Shown in pieces: positions 48,407-59,796 of a stretch of DNA of 64,000 nt. The translations under genes were made by a program, and so were the position numbers. The DNA lies in the NCBI GenBank assembly GCA_020184695.1, contig JAANOX010000097.1:109880-173879 (forward strand). The letters are read 5' to 3'. The stretch comes from Histomonas meleagridis 2922-C6/04-290x (Eukaryota > Protista > Parabasalia). Below the pieces are notes generated by a model, which saw only the letters and a program-made list of their open reading frames with translations, made no database searches and was not told the origin of the DNA. How positions within the stretch are numbered: the stretch's first letter is position 1; every line of letters starts with the position of its first letter.

Positions 48407-49870
48407 TTATTCATAAATCCATTTATGGAACATAATCTTACTGAATAATTTATTCGAAATTGGTGTTCCATATGTAATCGGGAACCACACCATATAAGCC
48501 ACCAATGCGGCCAAACACAACAAAGCAGGTGTTACGAAAGCATTTGGGAAGAAATGGCTCAATGCCACAGCGCCCATAATCAACGACACAATCAACGGAA
48601 TGAAATAGTGATAGTTATACATTACTCTTTTTATACAAGCGAAAGGCAAATAAGAAATCAAATAACCAAACAATAGCCACAACAATTTCCTACTCAAATC
48701 CCATCTCAAACACAAGAAACACAAAAACGCAATAATTCCGACGACTCCGGAGAGCCATACTACAGGCGATCCCACGCACCAAAGTTGTGACATGTCTTCC
48801 ACCCATAGATATGTACCTTTCCCAAGCATGAAAGGCCATTGCCACCACTTAGATGAATAACTATGTGTAGCGCTAATTGCGAAATTACTACGAAGCATAA
48901 TCGATATCAAATTAATTGTCGAAACAATGTAGTTGTCATGCTTATGCTTACTTAGTTTTTGGCAGAAGTCAGGCGTATGATACCTACAGCCAGGTCCTGG
49001 ATGCGGAAGCATCATGAAGTGTATGATGAACGATAGGAAAAATATGGAAAATCCCGAAATGGCACTAATGAACGAATATAACATGGCTTCTATCAATGGA
49101 TATGTCATTAAGTATACAACTACGAGTGTTACAGCGATGCCACATCCAGTGAATTTAATGCTAACACATGAGCCAGCAAAAATACCTGCAAGAATGGAGA
49201 TGTACTTGATATGCTTCGGCTTGCGAGTGATAATGGAACAGAATAATAATGTTAGTGAAGCAAAAAATGAGAGATATGCATCAATTAAAACCAAACGGGT
49301 TTCAACTATTAACGCATTGTCCGTGCTCAGAAAGAGACCAACAGTTAGAGACCACTGTGGATTAACATCTAGGATACGAAGTGTAAGATATATGACAGGG
49401 GCAATTAAAGATCCGGTTAAACATGGCCATAAACGGAGGCGAGCTATTTGCGACTTGTCAAGAGGTGCGCCAATATAAGAATATGTTTGGTTGGGTTGGT
49501 AACCACTAATTAATGAGCCAAGATATAGTAACTCTTTGCCAAGTGGGGGATGTATATCGAAATAATAAATGCCTTTATGATAGTATTGGGTAAAATTACC
49601 AAAATAAACCTCATCAAAAACAACAGAACTTGGAGAACCATTTTTGATTAAATGAGTAACAAACGATATAAATGTAACCAATGTTAAAAAGAGATAATCA
49701 ATAAGTTTAAAAGTAAAATGTGATGGATAATTTCGAGTAAAATAAAGGTTTAAATGAAATAAATCTGGTTTCAATTTTTTTGCATTCTTCTCTTCTAATC
49801 GTTCTTTCCTTTTCCTTTCTGCTTCTCTGATTTCGTTTTGTCTGTGTTTTATGTTCTTGTTTCGCTTCAT
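48407..49870 (-). CDS. Dolichyl-phosphate-mannose:protein O-mannosyltransferase (GT39/PMT) lacking the MIR domain
   Basis: VVFDEVYFG..YFDIHPPLGK, ETRLVLIDAY, IKFTG, HSYSSKWWQWPF, RVMYNYHYF; multi-TM. Confidence 0.9.
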   Translation of the reverse strand: MKRNKNIKHRQNEIREAERKRKERLEEKNAKKLKPDLFHLNLYFTRNYPSHFTFKLIDYLFLTLVTFISFVTHLIKNGSPSSVVFDEVYFGNFTQYYHKGIYYFDIHPPLGKELLYLGSLISGYQPNQTYSYIGAPLDKSQIARLRLWPCLTGSLIAPVIYLTLRILDVNPQWSLTVGLFLSTDNALIVETRLVLIDAYLSFFASLTLLFCSIITRKPKHIKYISILAGIFAGSCVSIKFTGCGIAVTLVVVYLMTYPLIEAMLYSFISAISGFSIFFLSFIIHFMMLPHPGPGCRYHTPDFCQKLSKHKHDNYIVSTINLISIMLRSNFAISATHSYSSKWWQWPFMLGKGTYLWVEDMSQLWCVGSPVVWLSGVVGIIAFLCFLCLRWDLSRKLLWLLFGYLISYLPFACIKRVMYNYHYFIPLIVSLIMGAVALSHFFPNAFVTPALLCLAALVAYMVWFPITYGTPISNKLFSKIMFHKWIYE

Positions 49871-50275
49871 TTTCAGAAATTCAAAGAAACTGTAGTTTGA
49901 ACGATGAAAAAAATCGTTATCGGAGGGACGTTAATATCTGATCAGCTCATTGAATTGACTATCTTTGTTATAATGATACAAAAACCACATTGCCAATTAA
50001 TAATTCGAATTTATAATAAAATTTAAGCATTTATAATATATTATTTTTAGGAGATAATTAACTGAACCAATAAATTTATGTTTGTATTAATGAAATCAAA
50101 ATATCAAAGGAATTAATGGAAATATATATATTTGAAGTATTAAAAGTTTTTGAATATAAATACGATGGTTTTTCATTCATTCGATCCTATCGTACTACTA
50201 AAACGTCATAACTTTTTGAACGCGCACTTTTTCATTTTGATGTAGTTCTGATGCATAAAGATCTTTAATAATCAA

Positions 50276-50971
50276 ATGAAGCGAACAATGCGCAACGACG
50301 AAAACAGATCTCCGAATGAGCAAAAGGAAGCAATTATTGAAAAACAGGATCAACAAATTGCCCATCTCAAAGAACAGATAATGAAACTTCAAAATCAACA
50401 TTATAGGGTTAGAGCTGAATCATCTTTACAAATGGCTGAATTAAAGAAGAAACTTGATAATACTAGAAAGAAGGCAGCTTTACTTCAACAAAAAATTGAA
50501 GAAATTCGAAATATCCAAGCGAATATCCAAAATGAGGAAATTGCTAATGAAATAATTGAGAACATTTGGACAATTCTTATTAATTATCGAAAGGAATTAT
50601 TCCAAAAAGAGGAAGAATATGTTCCGCCACCAAAAATTAAAAAAGTTTCCAAGACACGAAAGCAAGCTCAAGACACTCCTGCCCCATTTGATTCTCCAGA
50701 CATTGCTGACATTATGGGCACTCCTACAACACCATCAATTCAAGAAACACAAGCATTCGATAGCATTGCTTCAAGGAGAACCAGAAGAAAATCCACTAAA
50801 AATGTATGCTATAAAGAACCCACTCTTAAGGAAATGCTATCTCCAGGTAGTGCTTATGCATTTTCAATTGAAGATGGAATGGGAACTCCCACACTTCCAC
50901 CAAATTACACTCGCGATACTCCGGCCTCAACACGAAAGAAAAGGCGGACTCGGAGCCAAGCTTTTGTATGA
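50276..50971 (+). CDS. Shugoshin-like protein
   Basis: N-terminal coiled coil; C-terminal RRTRRKSTKNVCYKEPTL matches the SGO motif (RR..V.YKEP.L); several S/T-P sites. Confidence 0.6.
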   Translation: MKRTMRNDENRSPNEQKEAIIEKQDQQIAHLKEQIMKLQNQHYRVRAESSLQMAELKKKLDNTRKKAALLQQKIEEIRNIQANIQNEEIANEIIENIWTILINYRKELFQKEEEYVPPPKIKKVSKTRKQAQDTPAPFDSPDIADIMGTPTTPSIQETQAFDSIASRRTRRKSTKNVCYKEPTLKEMLSPGSAYAFSIEDGMGTPTLPPNYTRDTPASTRKKRRTRSQAFV

Positions 50972-51299
50972 TTATCAAATATATTTTTTTATTCATAAAC
51001 CATTTTTCTATTAATTATTTTTAAAGATAATTATTTAATCCATTTGCCTAGGATCTAAAGAAGTTTGTGAATGGTAAAAAATTTTTTAAATCAATTTCAA
51101 ATATTTGGTCGAATCGAACAAAATTAAATTTAAGAACATTTAAATGGTAAGGTTTGTCTTGTATTCATAGTTATATATAAAGTTTTATGTTTGATACTGA
51201 AGCTTTGGATGTTTAGGATGAGGAGCATAAATGATTTAACATAAATATTTTTGAATGCTTATTTGGTCCGGTTTTCTGACAGTTGTTTCGGCGCAGGTT

Positions 51300-52700
51300 A
51301 ATAATAATTCAATTTGTACAAAGAATAATGTAAACATTGATAATTTACAAACGTTGCTTTGAATTAAGTGAAGAAAATATTCAAAAACCATTTGTTGAAC
51401 AATTTGTTTTCTCATTACTTGTTTCCCTATTTCATTTGATAATATTATATGTAAATTAATATATTCATCTTCTTATTCACAAAGAAAAGAACCTAATGTT
51501 TATTTTGAAATTCTAAAGAAAATTTTCAAACCAAAGAAAAAGAAATTCATAAAAACGACACCGAAATAATTCTAACTTTTGTACAACTTCTTCGCAAAGA
51601 TTGTTATAAAGAAGAATCGCATTATCTTTTAGAGAAGATGTTTGAATAAATATAATCACATCAGAAATATTAAAAAATGAGAACTCATAGTATTTTGCAC
51701 ATTATCTTACAAAAGAAACACTTAATGATAAAATTAATTTGAAGACTTTTTTATAAAATATGAAGATTTTTTTGAGAACATCGATATCCTTTCGCAAGAT
51801 GATTGGAAACTTCATAAACAATTAATTAAAGAAGGAATTAATCCATCTGAACTTTTAAAAGCAATTCGAATTTTGATTTTAATCAAGAAGTTAACTCAAC
51901 ACTTTATGAAAGTTATTCATTTGTGAATTGGAGTAATGTTCTGCTTATTGATTATGCAGCATTTTTTGGTTCAATTAAATGTTTTAAATATTTATTGATA
52001 AATAGCGCTAAATTAGACTTACAAACAAGCATATATTCGATTGCAGGTGGAAATCTTGAAAAAATGCATTTATGTGAACAAAATCACTCATTATCACCAT
52101 TATATGGAATAGCAATAAAATTTCATCGAAATGATATTTTTAAATATCTTTATGAAAATAAAACTAATGAAATTGATTATATCAAATTTAGGTGTTGATT
52201 GTATTTTATATAATAACTATGAAATTTTGTTATATTTAATAAAAAAAGGAATGAAAATTAATGATTCTATGATTATCACAGCAACAAAAAATAATAATCT
52301 TTTACTTGTTAGATATTTTCTTGAAGAAATTTGTATACCAACTAATATTTTACCATATGTAGTAGAAACATGTAATATTGAACTAGTTAAATTCATTCTT
52401 GGACATAAAGGTTTTGATATTAATGGTAAAAATTTTTGTTTATTATTTTTGAATTTTAATGAAAATATTTGAATTTTTTGAATAACATTTGGAATTTTAT
52501 CATTTTATTTGTAACAGCAATTTCAGTAGCATCAGAATATTGATATTTAGAAATATTTAAGTTACTTATAAAAGAAAAAGGTATTGATTTCGGTTGTAAA
52601 GATATATATTTGTGTTATATAATATTTATTTCATTTATTTTATGTTATGAAATTATATTTGGTGTTTAAATAAATAATTTAATACAGCACTTTTTTTTGA
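51300..52700 (+). pseudogene. Heavily degraded DUF3447/ankyrin locus
   Basis: Fragments 51923..52198 and 52131..52472; DDWKLHKQLIKEGINP near 51800; ankyrin remnants with spacers to about 52695; many stops and frameshifts. Confidence 0.75.
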
Positions 52701-52750
52701 ATCAGGCTTGGGCAATGTTGAGAATTGAATTAACCGATTTCAATTTATCG

Positions 52751-52873
52751 AACCGTAAATTGAGCGGTTTCAATTTACGGTTATTTTTTATTTCAATTTT
52801 CGAACTTTTTCGGAGTAATTTACGGTTTGTCACTTTTCCCGATTTTATCATACAAAAATCAACCGTAAATTGA
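52751..52873. promoter_or_regulatory. Cluster of four AACCGTAAATT motifs (M3-like) upstream of the helicase
   Basis: AACCGTAAATTGA-gcggtt-TCAATTTACGGTT at 52751-52782, plus copies at 52817-52827 and 52861-52873. Confidence 0.5.
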
Positions 52874-52960
52874 CCAAAATTGAAAATTGGGCTGCCCAGA
52901 ATACATTTAAGACACTTTGATAATGGCATTCTTTAATTCATTTTTATTATTTATCCAAAA

Positions 52961-55900
52961 ATGCAGTCAACAAAACTTGAATTACGTGAGATAGAAATAG
53001 ATCCAGTAACTGATGTTCCTCTTTGTTATGTTGAATTTTTCCAAACTAATTCACAAAAAAATAAAAAAGATGTACCAAAACAACCCATTAAAATCGAAGT
53101 AATCAAAAAAGGAAAAAACGATTTTACAGTTGTTCACAATATCTCATCATTTTTCACAAATAAAGAAACAAGAAACAATTTTGCCATTAAAATCTCAAAT
53201 GGACTTGCCACCAAAGCAACATTTAATGATGATGACTTTATGATTAGAGGGAAATTTGAAGAAAAAATCGTTCAAATTCTTAAAAACGAATATAACATTC
53301 CCAACGAAAGCATTTTATCGTCAGATATCGAAAAGAAAAGTAATCAAATCACTGTTGAAGCCATTGGAATTGGTAAATCAGTTAAGGTTACAATACATAA
53401 CTTACTTTTATACGTTCAAAATGTTGGCAACGTCAAAACGAAAACTCATTTTCATTTGAAAATACCCAAAAACGAGATTAAAGTTTCTGAGAAAGATGTC
53501 ATCTTTAATTATACCAAGAAACCTAAAGATGTTCAACAATTACTTGAAGAAAAATTCCGAATTCCGAAAGAAGAGATCCAATACGTTGGAACATTTTTTC
53601 AGGAAATCGAAGAAATTCCTGATGAACCCAAATATTTATTTAAAGAATTTTCCTATGATAAAAGATCCAAATGTAAAAGTCTTAAGGATTATCAACCCCT
53701 TAGAAATCTAGGCAAATATCAGAAATATTATGATGAAGTCCTCGGCATTATATATGCAGAATGGAATGATGCCATAGAGAACAAGAAGCGACTTCAATTG
53801 AAACTTCAACTTGAATTCGATAAAGGAAATGCATACACTAAGAATGACCAATTATATATCAACTGGCAAACTAAGTTTCCTACATCAGTTGGCTTTTTAC
53901 CTAATTCAGACATTGATGTTAATTCATTTTCGGCTACTAATTATCTTTTTTTAAATGATGTTGTTAAAATCACATGGGATAATGCTGAAAGGAAATTCAA
54001 CATGATGAAAGGTAAAATTATAAATATTGAAAAAAACATAGTAACAGTATCACTTAAATTATCAACAAAAAATTCGCCACCAGATTATGAAAAGAAAGAT
54101 CGAATAACTTATACAATTGATTTTGAACCAAACTCAGTAATATATAGACGAAGAATAATAGCGTTATCTCAATTGGTATTAAATACGCAAAGTAGACTTC
54201 GTGATTTTATTATTTATAAAAACCCAAACGAAAATGATGTATATGAAGATATTGATGCAAGTTTTGATTTCTCTGATTATAAAGATTTAACAGGAATTGA
54301 TAATCCTTCACGTTTAAAGTTTGATCCTACATATACACAAGAAGAAGCTATTAAAAAAGCATTATCAAATACAATCACTTTAATTCAAGGGCCTCCTGGA
54401 TGTGGTAAAACAGCAACAATTGCTTCAATCGTCGTAAATTTTTTACGAAAACAAACACAAAATAAAAAGCGAATTTTAGTATGTAGTCAAACAAATGTAT
54501 CTTTAATGAATCTTTTAGATTTCTTAATTCCACCTGTTAAAGCACTTAATAAGAAAATTGTTTGGGTATCATCAGACAAATATAAAATTAATAATCGATT
54601 AAGTTTTGAAAGAGCAAATAATATATTAAAACAAACACTTTTTTATCAATGTTTAACGCGGAATAGTAAAAAAGGAAAGAAACTTCAAGAATTAATCCTG
54701 AATGCATGGGATTATCATTTACCATTTAATCAGATTATAAATAATTTAAGTGATGAAATTGGAATTAATATTGCATATGAATCTGATGTTGTAGTAACTA
54801 CATTAGAATCATCAATGAATTCATCGATAAAAGATTTATTATTCGATACTGTCATCATAGATGAAGCTACACAAGCAATTGAAATGTCCGCAATAATTCC
54901 ATTTGTACATTATCCAAATAAAATTATTTTAGTTGGTGATCAAAAACAACTTGAACCAGTTTTATCACCTTCACTTCAACATCGGAAACGTTATGTATCA
55001 AGTTTATTCACACGATTAATTCATCGCAATATGGATTATACAATGTTAGATGTCCAATTCCGAATGCATCCATTAATAAGTAAGTTTCCAAATCAAGAAT
55101 TTTATTATGGACAAATTCATAATGGAATTACTGCACAAGATCGTCGAAGTAATATTACTAACATTAAAATGCCAATTACATTTTATAATATTCAAGGTGA
55201 AGAATCAAGAAATTCAAAAACTTTATCATATAAAAATGAAACAGAAGCGAATTTAATACAATCAATTGTTAATCGTATGATTAAAAAAGATAAAGTTCAA
55301 CCAACAGAAATTGGAATAATTGCATTTTATTCATTACAAGTACAATGTTTACAAAAGAAATTCGAAGTTTATTATTATAAAAATCAAATAAAGATTTCAA
55401 CTGTTGATAGTTTCCAAGGAAGTGAACGAGATTATATAATAATTAGTTGTGTCCGTTCTAATTCAGATGGAGAAATTGGCTTTTTATCTGATATGCGAAG
55501 ATTAAATGTAGCAATTACACGTGCTAAAAGAGGATTAATTATCGTTGGTGATCGATTTACATTATCATTAAATGATAAATGGAATTCTTTGTTCAAATAT
55601 ATAGAACAAAAAGTTGGAGAATCATTTAGTAAAGATCTATCATTAATGATATCAATCCAACAAAGAGATGATAGTAATAAATTAATTATAACATTTAAGA
55701 AACCTAAAGAAGATTTTGAAATGTTTATTGAAAAAATGCCAAGCGAAGACCCAAACGTTGGATTTAATCTTAAAGAAGTTAAATCTTCAATAACAAATGC
55801 TAATAATCGAATATTATGGCCAGATGACGAAGAAGATGTTCAATATTTCAAAGATTATGTTAATACACTTCTTAATAAATTAAATGAAGGTAAACATATT

Positions 55901-56893
55901 ACAATATCATATGATACAGAATCAGTTTGTATCCAATTTGGAGAAGTTTTTGATGAAGATTATGATTTATTTGGTAAAAATCTTAAACCAATTCCATCAA
56001 TCGGAAATAAAGAAGGAGTAATTGCATTTTATTATACAAAACAAACAAATGAATTTGATTCAACATATTTTAACTTATCAAAACAATTATTTGAACATCC
56101 AAACATTACAATATTAACATTTGATTTTACAAATGATATTGAATTACTTATTGAAAATGGTATTAATCCAAACATGAAACGAATTATCGATGGACAAGTT
56201 TCAACTATTTATGAGCAAACAAATGAAATAAATTTAATAAGTTATACAAATGTATTTGGGTTAAAACGAATATTCAAAACAATGAAATATAAAGGCGAAT
56301 ATGTCGAAAATGCAATTGAAGAAATATGTAATGGCGAAAAGAACTTTCCATGGGCATATAATCATTTTGTACAAAAAGTCACAAACATTCCGCCGACGTC
56401 AGAAGTAACAAAACAATTTCTTCAATATTCAGCTAATGATATTCCTTTAACAGCGTTAACAATTGCTGATATTATCGAAAAGGACTTATTAAATGATACA
56501 ATTAAATTAACAAAACAGAAAGTAAATGACTTTATAAACGCAAGAAATGAATATGGTAAAGCATATAACTTACGGCAATCGTATTTCCTAAAGAATGATT
56601 ACACAATTATAACACAAAGTTCTTTTGATTCTAATGAAACTGTCGAAAATTTGATCGAATTATGGGATAAAATAAGTAAAGTGATGTCGATGATACAGTT
56701 GGATAACGAAAAAGTCGACGAGTTACTAAGAATAAGTAAAAAGGAGAAAGAAAACATCAGTGAGCGAATGAAGACATTGGAAGAAATTATGGTGGAAGTG
56801 GAAAACTGGAGGGTAATATGCAAAGGGGCAAAGTTGGCATTGCCGATGAACGTGAAGCCATTAGATCCGCTCGGGAAAGAATTTGGGTTTTAG
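52961..56893 (+). CDS. UPF1-like SF1 helicase with a C-terminal DEDDy-type 3'-5' exonuclease-like domain
   Basis: GPPGCGKT, IIDEATQ, LVGDQKQL, QFRMHP, TVDSFQGSERD, RRLNVAITRAK; C-terminal ISYDTE / FDFTND / QYSAND; no CH zinc domain. Confidence 0.85.
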   Translation: MQSTKLELREIEIDPVTDVPLCYVEFFQTNSQKNKKDVPKQPIKIEVIKKGKNDFTVVHNISSFFTNKETRNNFAIKISNGLATKATFNDDDFMIRGKFEEKIVQILKNEYNIPNESILSSDIEKKSNQITVEAIGIGKSVKVTIHNLLLYVQNVGNVKTKTHFHLKIPKNEIKVSEKDVIFNYTKKPKDVQQLLEEKFRIPKEEIQYVGTFFQEIEEIPDEPKYLFKEFSYDKRSKCKSLKDYQPLRNLGKYQKYYDEVLGIIYAEWNDAIENKKRLQLKLQLEFDKGNAYTKNDQLYINWQTKFPTSVGFLPNSDIDVNSFSATNYLFLNDVVKITWDNAERKFNMMKGKIINIEKNIVTVSLKLSTKNSPPDYEKKDRITYTIDFEPNSVIYRRRIIALSQLVLNTQSRLRDFIIYKNPNENDVYEDIDASFDFSDYKDLTGIDNPSRLKFDPTYTQEEAIKKALSNTITLIQGPPGCGKTATIASIVVNFLRKQTQNKKRILVCSQTNVSLMNLLDFLIPPVKALNKKIVWVSSDKYKINNRLSFERANNILKQTLFYQCLTRNSKKGKKLQELILNAWDYHLPFNQIINNLSDEIGINIAYESDVVVTTLESSMNSSIKDLLFDTVIIDEATQAIEMSAIIPFVHYPNKIILVGDQKQLEPVLSPSLQHRKRYVSSLFTRLIHRNMDYTMLDVQFRMHPLISKFPNQEFYYGQIHNGITAQDRRSNITNIKMPITFYNIQGEESRNSKTLSYKNETEANLIQSIVNRMIKKDKVQPTEIGIIAFYSLQVQCLQKKFEVYYYKNQIKISTVDSFQGSERDYIIISCVRSNSDGEIGFLSDMRRLNVAITRAKRGLIIVGDRFTLSLNDKWNSLFKYIEQKVGESFSKDLSLMISIQQRDDSNKLIITFKKPKEDFEMFIEKMPSEDPNVGFNLKEVKSSITNANNRILWPDDEEDVQYFKDYVNTLLNKLNEGKHITISYDTESVCIQFGEVFDEDYDLFGKNLKPIPSIGNKEGVIAFYYTKQTNEFDSTYFNLSKQLFEHPNITILTFDFTNDIELLIENGINPNMKRIIDGQVSTIYEQTNEINLISYTNVFGLKRIFKTMKYKGEYVENAIEEICNGEKNFPWAYNHFVQKVTNIPPTSEVTKQFLQYSANDIPLTALTIADIIEKDLLNDTIKLTKQKVNDFINARNEYGKAYNLRQSYFLKNDYTIITQSSFDSNETVENLIELWDKISKVMSMIQLDNEKVDELLRISKKEKENISERMKTLEEIMVEVENWRVICKGAKLALPMNVKPLDPLGKEFGF

Positions 56894-57399
56894 GATTATT
56901 TAAATGTTAAAAAAAAAATTTAAAATGTATTTTAACTTTTGATAATGGATGAGATCGCATTGTTTATGATCTCAATTCAGTAGTATAAAATCTTATTGTA
57001 ATAATAAAATAATGTAACATACCGAATGCTGTATGAGTAAATTGTGGTTATCATTTATTGTCGATATAGAAAGAGAACGCATGACACGCTCAAGTAAAAC
57101 CGAAAAAAAATAAACGGCTTTATCCTGGGGCGGTCAATTTTTTATATCGAATGGAAACTAAAAAAAAGCAAATAAAAATATTAATGTTAGTTTAAAAAAA
57201 CTACATTTGATTTCAACAGGAGATTTAAGTAATGATACCAGAAATGAAAGCATCAACAATTATACCATTTCAAAATCTTTTTCTAAAGATTTTACTGAGA
57301 GAAAAAAGTGTATCGGTTTCACTTTTTGAACATAGTTCTACCCAATCATCAGAGAAAAAACTGATCGAAAAGTGCTGCAAGTAATGTTAAGTGATATCG

Positions 57400-59150
57400 T
57401 TTCATTAGAAAAAAAATTTTTTACCTGAACTTAAAGCATTTGACGAAGTTTCTCTCTTTCTCTCTCTTCTTCCAATCTTTTCATTTGTCTTTTCAGCCTT
57501 TTTCTTTCAGATACAGCATCATTCTGAGCTTCATAAGCATCTAAACAATTATAAGTCTCCACGACTGCCCTAGAAATCGATTCCTCCATTTACACAACCA
57601 GATGTTTTATTGCAATCAGTGATTGTATAAGTGTAATACCTTGTAAAATTCTTTGTACAATTACTTGTACAATTTTTATCTTTGAAATATTGGTAATGCA
57701 TTGGATCGAAGATTTTGTTTTAATGCTATGTAAGGGAAGAAATGTGTTTCCAAATCATGTACCTTACCATATTTGACTACGTACGAGCATTAAACTTTAC
57801 GGAATCATTTATGCGCTTACTAACATATTTCTTTCCATACATTTCTACAACAGTATCATCTTTAAGCTTTTCATAAAACATTTATGCGCTTACTAACATA
57901 TTTCTTTCCATACATTTCTACAACAGTATCATCTTTAAGCTTTTCATAAAACATTTTTTGTGTTTCTTTTCCTAAATTATTATGAATTGTTCGAACATAT
58001 GATAATGCAGTGTAATAAATTTTTTGTACAATAATTCTCTATTAGCTCCTTGATAATCTCGAAGATTAATAATGAATTTAGCATCTTCGTTAGAAACGAC
58101 TTTTGATGAATATTTTACATGAAATTCTTTAACTGTTTCTAATAAAATTGCAATTTGTTGTTGTATAAAGAAACTTTTAATAATATCATAATATTTTGTT
58201 TAATATTTTTGATGTATATATATTTCGAATAAATGTGTCACATTGTGATATAAATTGTATATAAATTGAACCAAATTTTAATAAGTTAACCCATTCTACT
58301 TCTTTACATTTAATAACATTTGTTAATATACATTTTAATGGTAAAATTTGATCAAATTGAAATTTAAGACTTTCGAATTTAACTTCATTCGCTTTATCAA
58401 TTGGTGATCTTCTTTTTTAAAATTTATTAAATTTATTTTGGAAATTTTGAACTGCTTGTGAATAACTATCATTAATTATTGGTGCATCATTGCACATGTA
58501 CTTTCCGTACTGAAACTTTCATAATTATAAAATCCTCTAAATTTTGAGAATTCGATTTGTTTTCTTAATAAATAAATGTTTTCTTCCGTCATATTTCATT
58601 TGAGTTTGTGTTAATTCCTTCATTTATTGTATAAATGCTTTTGTTATCAGATAAAATTTGTCATTGTTCTTCTTGTAAAAAGAATGTGCTTCTAAATGCA
58701 GGATGAATTACACTTGTTTCGTTTGTTAATATTTCATGTTTAAGATCATTTATACTCATTAAACCATCAGTGATTTTAGCATAAGTTGATTTAAAGAATT
58801 TATAAGTTGATAAATCAATGAAAAAATGATTATTAAGATCTTTATCATAAAACAATCACAATCAAAAAAAGGCTCAAATATCATTGTATTAAGTTGACTT
58901 CGTTTTGAATATATATAAGTTGTTGGTATAAAATCATTTAAAGGAATTCTTCCTAATTTTTCATATGTTTTTTGTAGAATTTGATAACAACGTTCATAAA
59001 TATTTTCATTTGCTGAATAAAAGTTCCATAATCCTTCAATGATTTTCTTCATTGAAAGTATTGGATTAGTTTCAATATATGAATCAGATTCTTCAATAAA
59101 TTAAAGTTGATCTTCATTAATATTTAAAATTGTATTCTCTTTTGACATTT
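57400..59150 (-). pseudogene. Degenerate long reading frame of unknown family
   Basis: Protein-like pieces (58759..59052, 58661..58855 and others) chain together across stops and frameshifts. Confidence 0.4.
57806..57956. repeat. Perfect 73-bp tandem duplication
   Basis: Identical units start at 57806 and 57879, bounded by CATTT microhomology (third CATTT at 57952). Confidence 0.92.
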
Positions 59151-59280
59151 GTATTAATTCTTCTAATCCATCAATTTTAATGCCTAATCATTTGTTTGAT
59201 TGATTTAATATTTATTTTTATTTTTACATAAATTATTAATGCATAGAAATTTTAAAAAATTATAATATTGTTTTATTATT

Positions 59281-59779
59281 TCAGGTTTTTTGGTATGGGG
59301 ATTTAATATAATTAATATAAATCCGTCTCATCAATAAACAAAAGCCAACCAAGAAGAAAAGACATGAGATAACAAGTGAATCAATTCCTGCACCTCGTGA
59401 TATATTTTCAACATATTCACAGTGAGAAATAAAGGAACAAATATCTTTTCTTTTCGTGTTAGAAACTAAAGCTGATGAAACTGCAATTTGAAAAAATTTC
59501 ATCAGTGTTCCAATTAAAAGCTGAACTAGTGCAAACGTTCGAATTTTTTTTTTTTTCCAAAAACAAAAGAACTAGAATCGAAACAACGACTCCAAGTACG
59601 ATTAAAAATATCATTGCAATGATATAATTCAAGAAAATATTTGACCCAGATTTGGTAGTAATTAAAATAGCGACGATAATGAAATGTAGAAAAGGGATTA
59701 CTTCTAATATTTGATACCATGGGAACACTTGACCTTCAATAATATCATAAATACCAAAGATAACAACTGTCATCAACAA
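59281..59779 (-). CDS. Small multi-TM membrane protein split by a frameshift in an A13 run
   Basis: ORFs 59459..59779 and 59281..59502 merge into one roughly 5-TM protein if the T13 run near 59544-59556 changes by one base; start unclear. Confidence 0.45.
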
Positions 59780-59796
59780 GAAGTGTTTTGGGGTTT

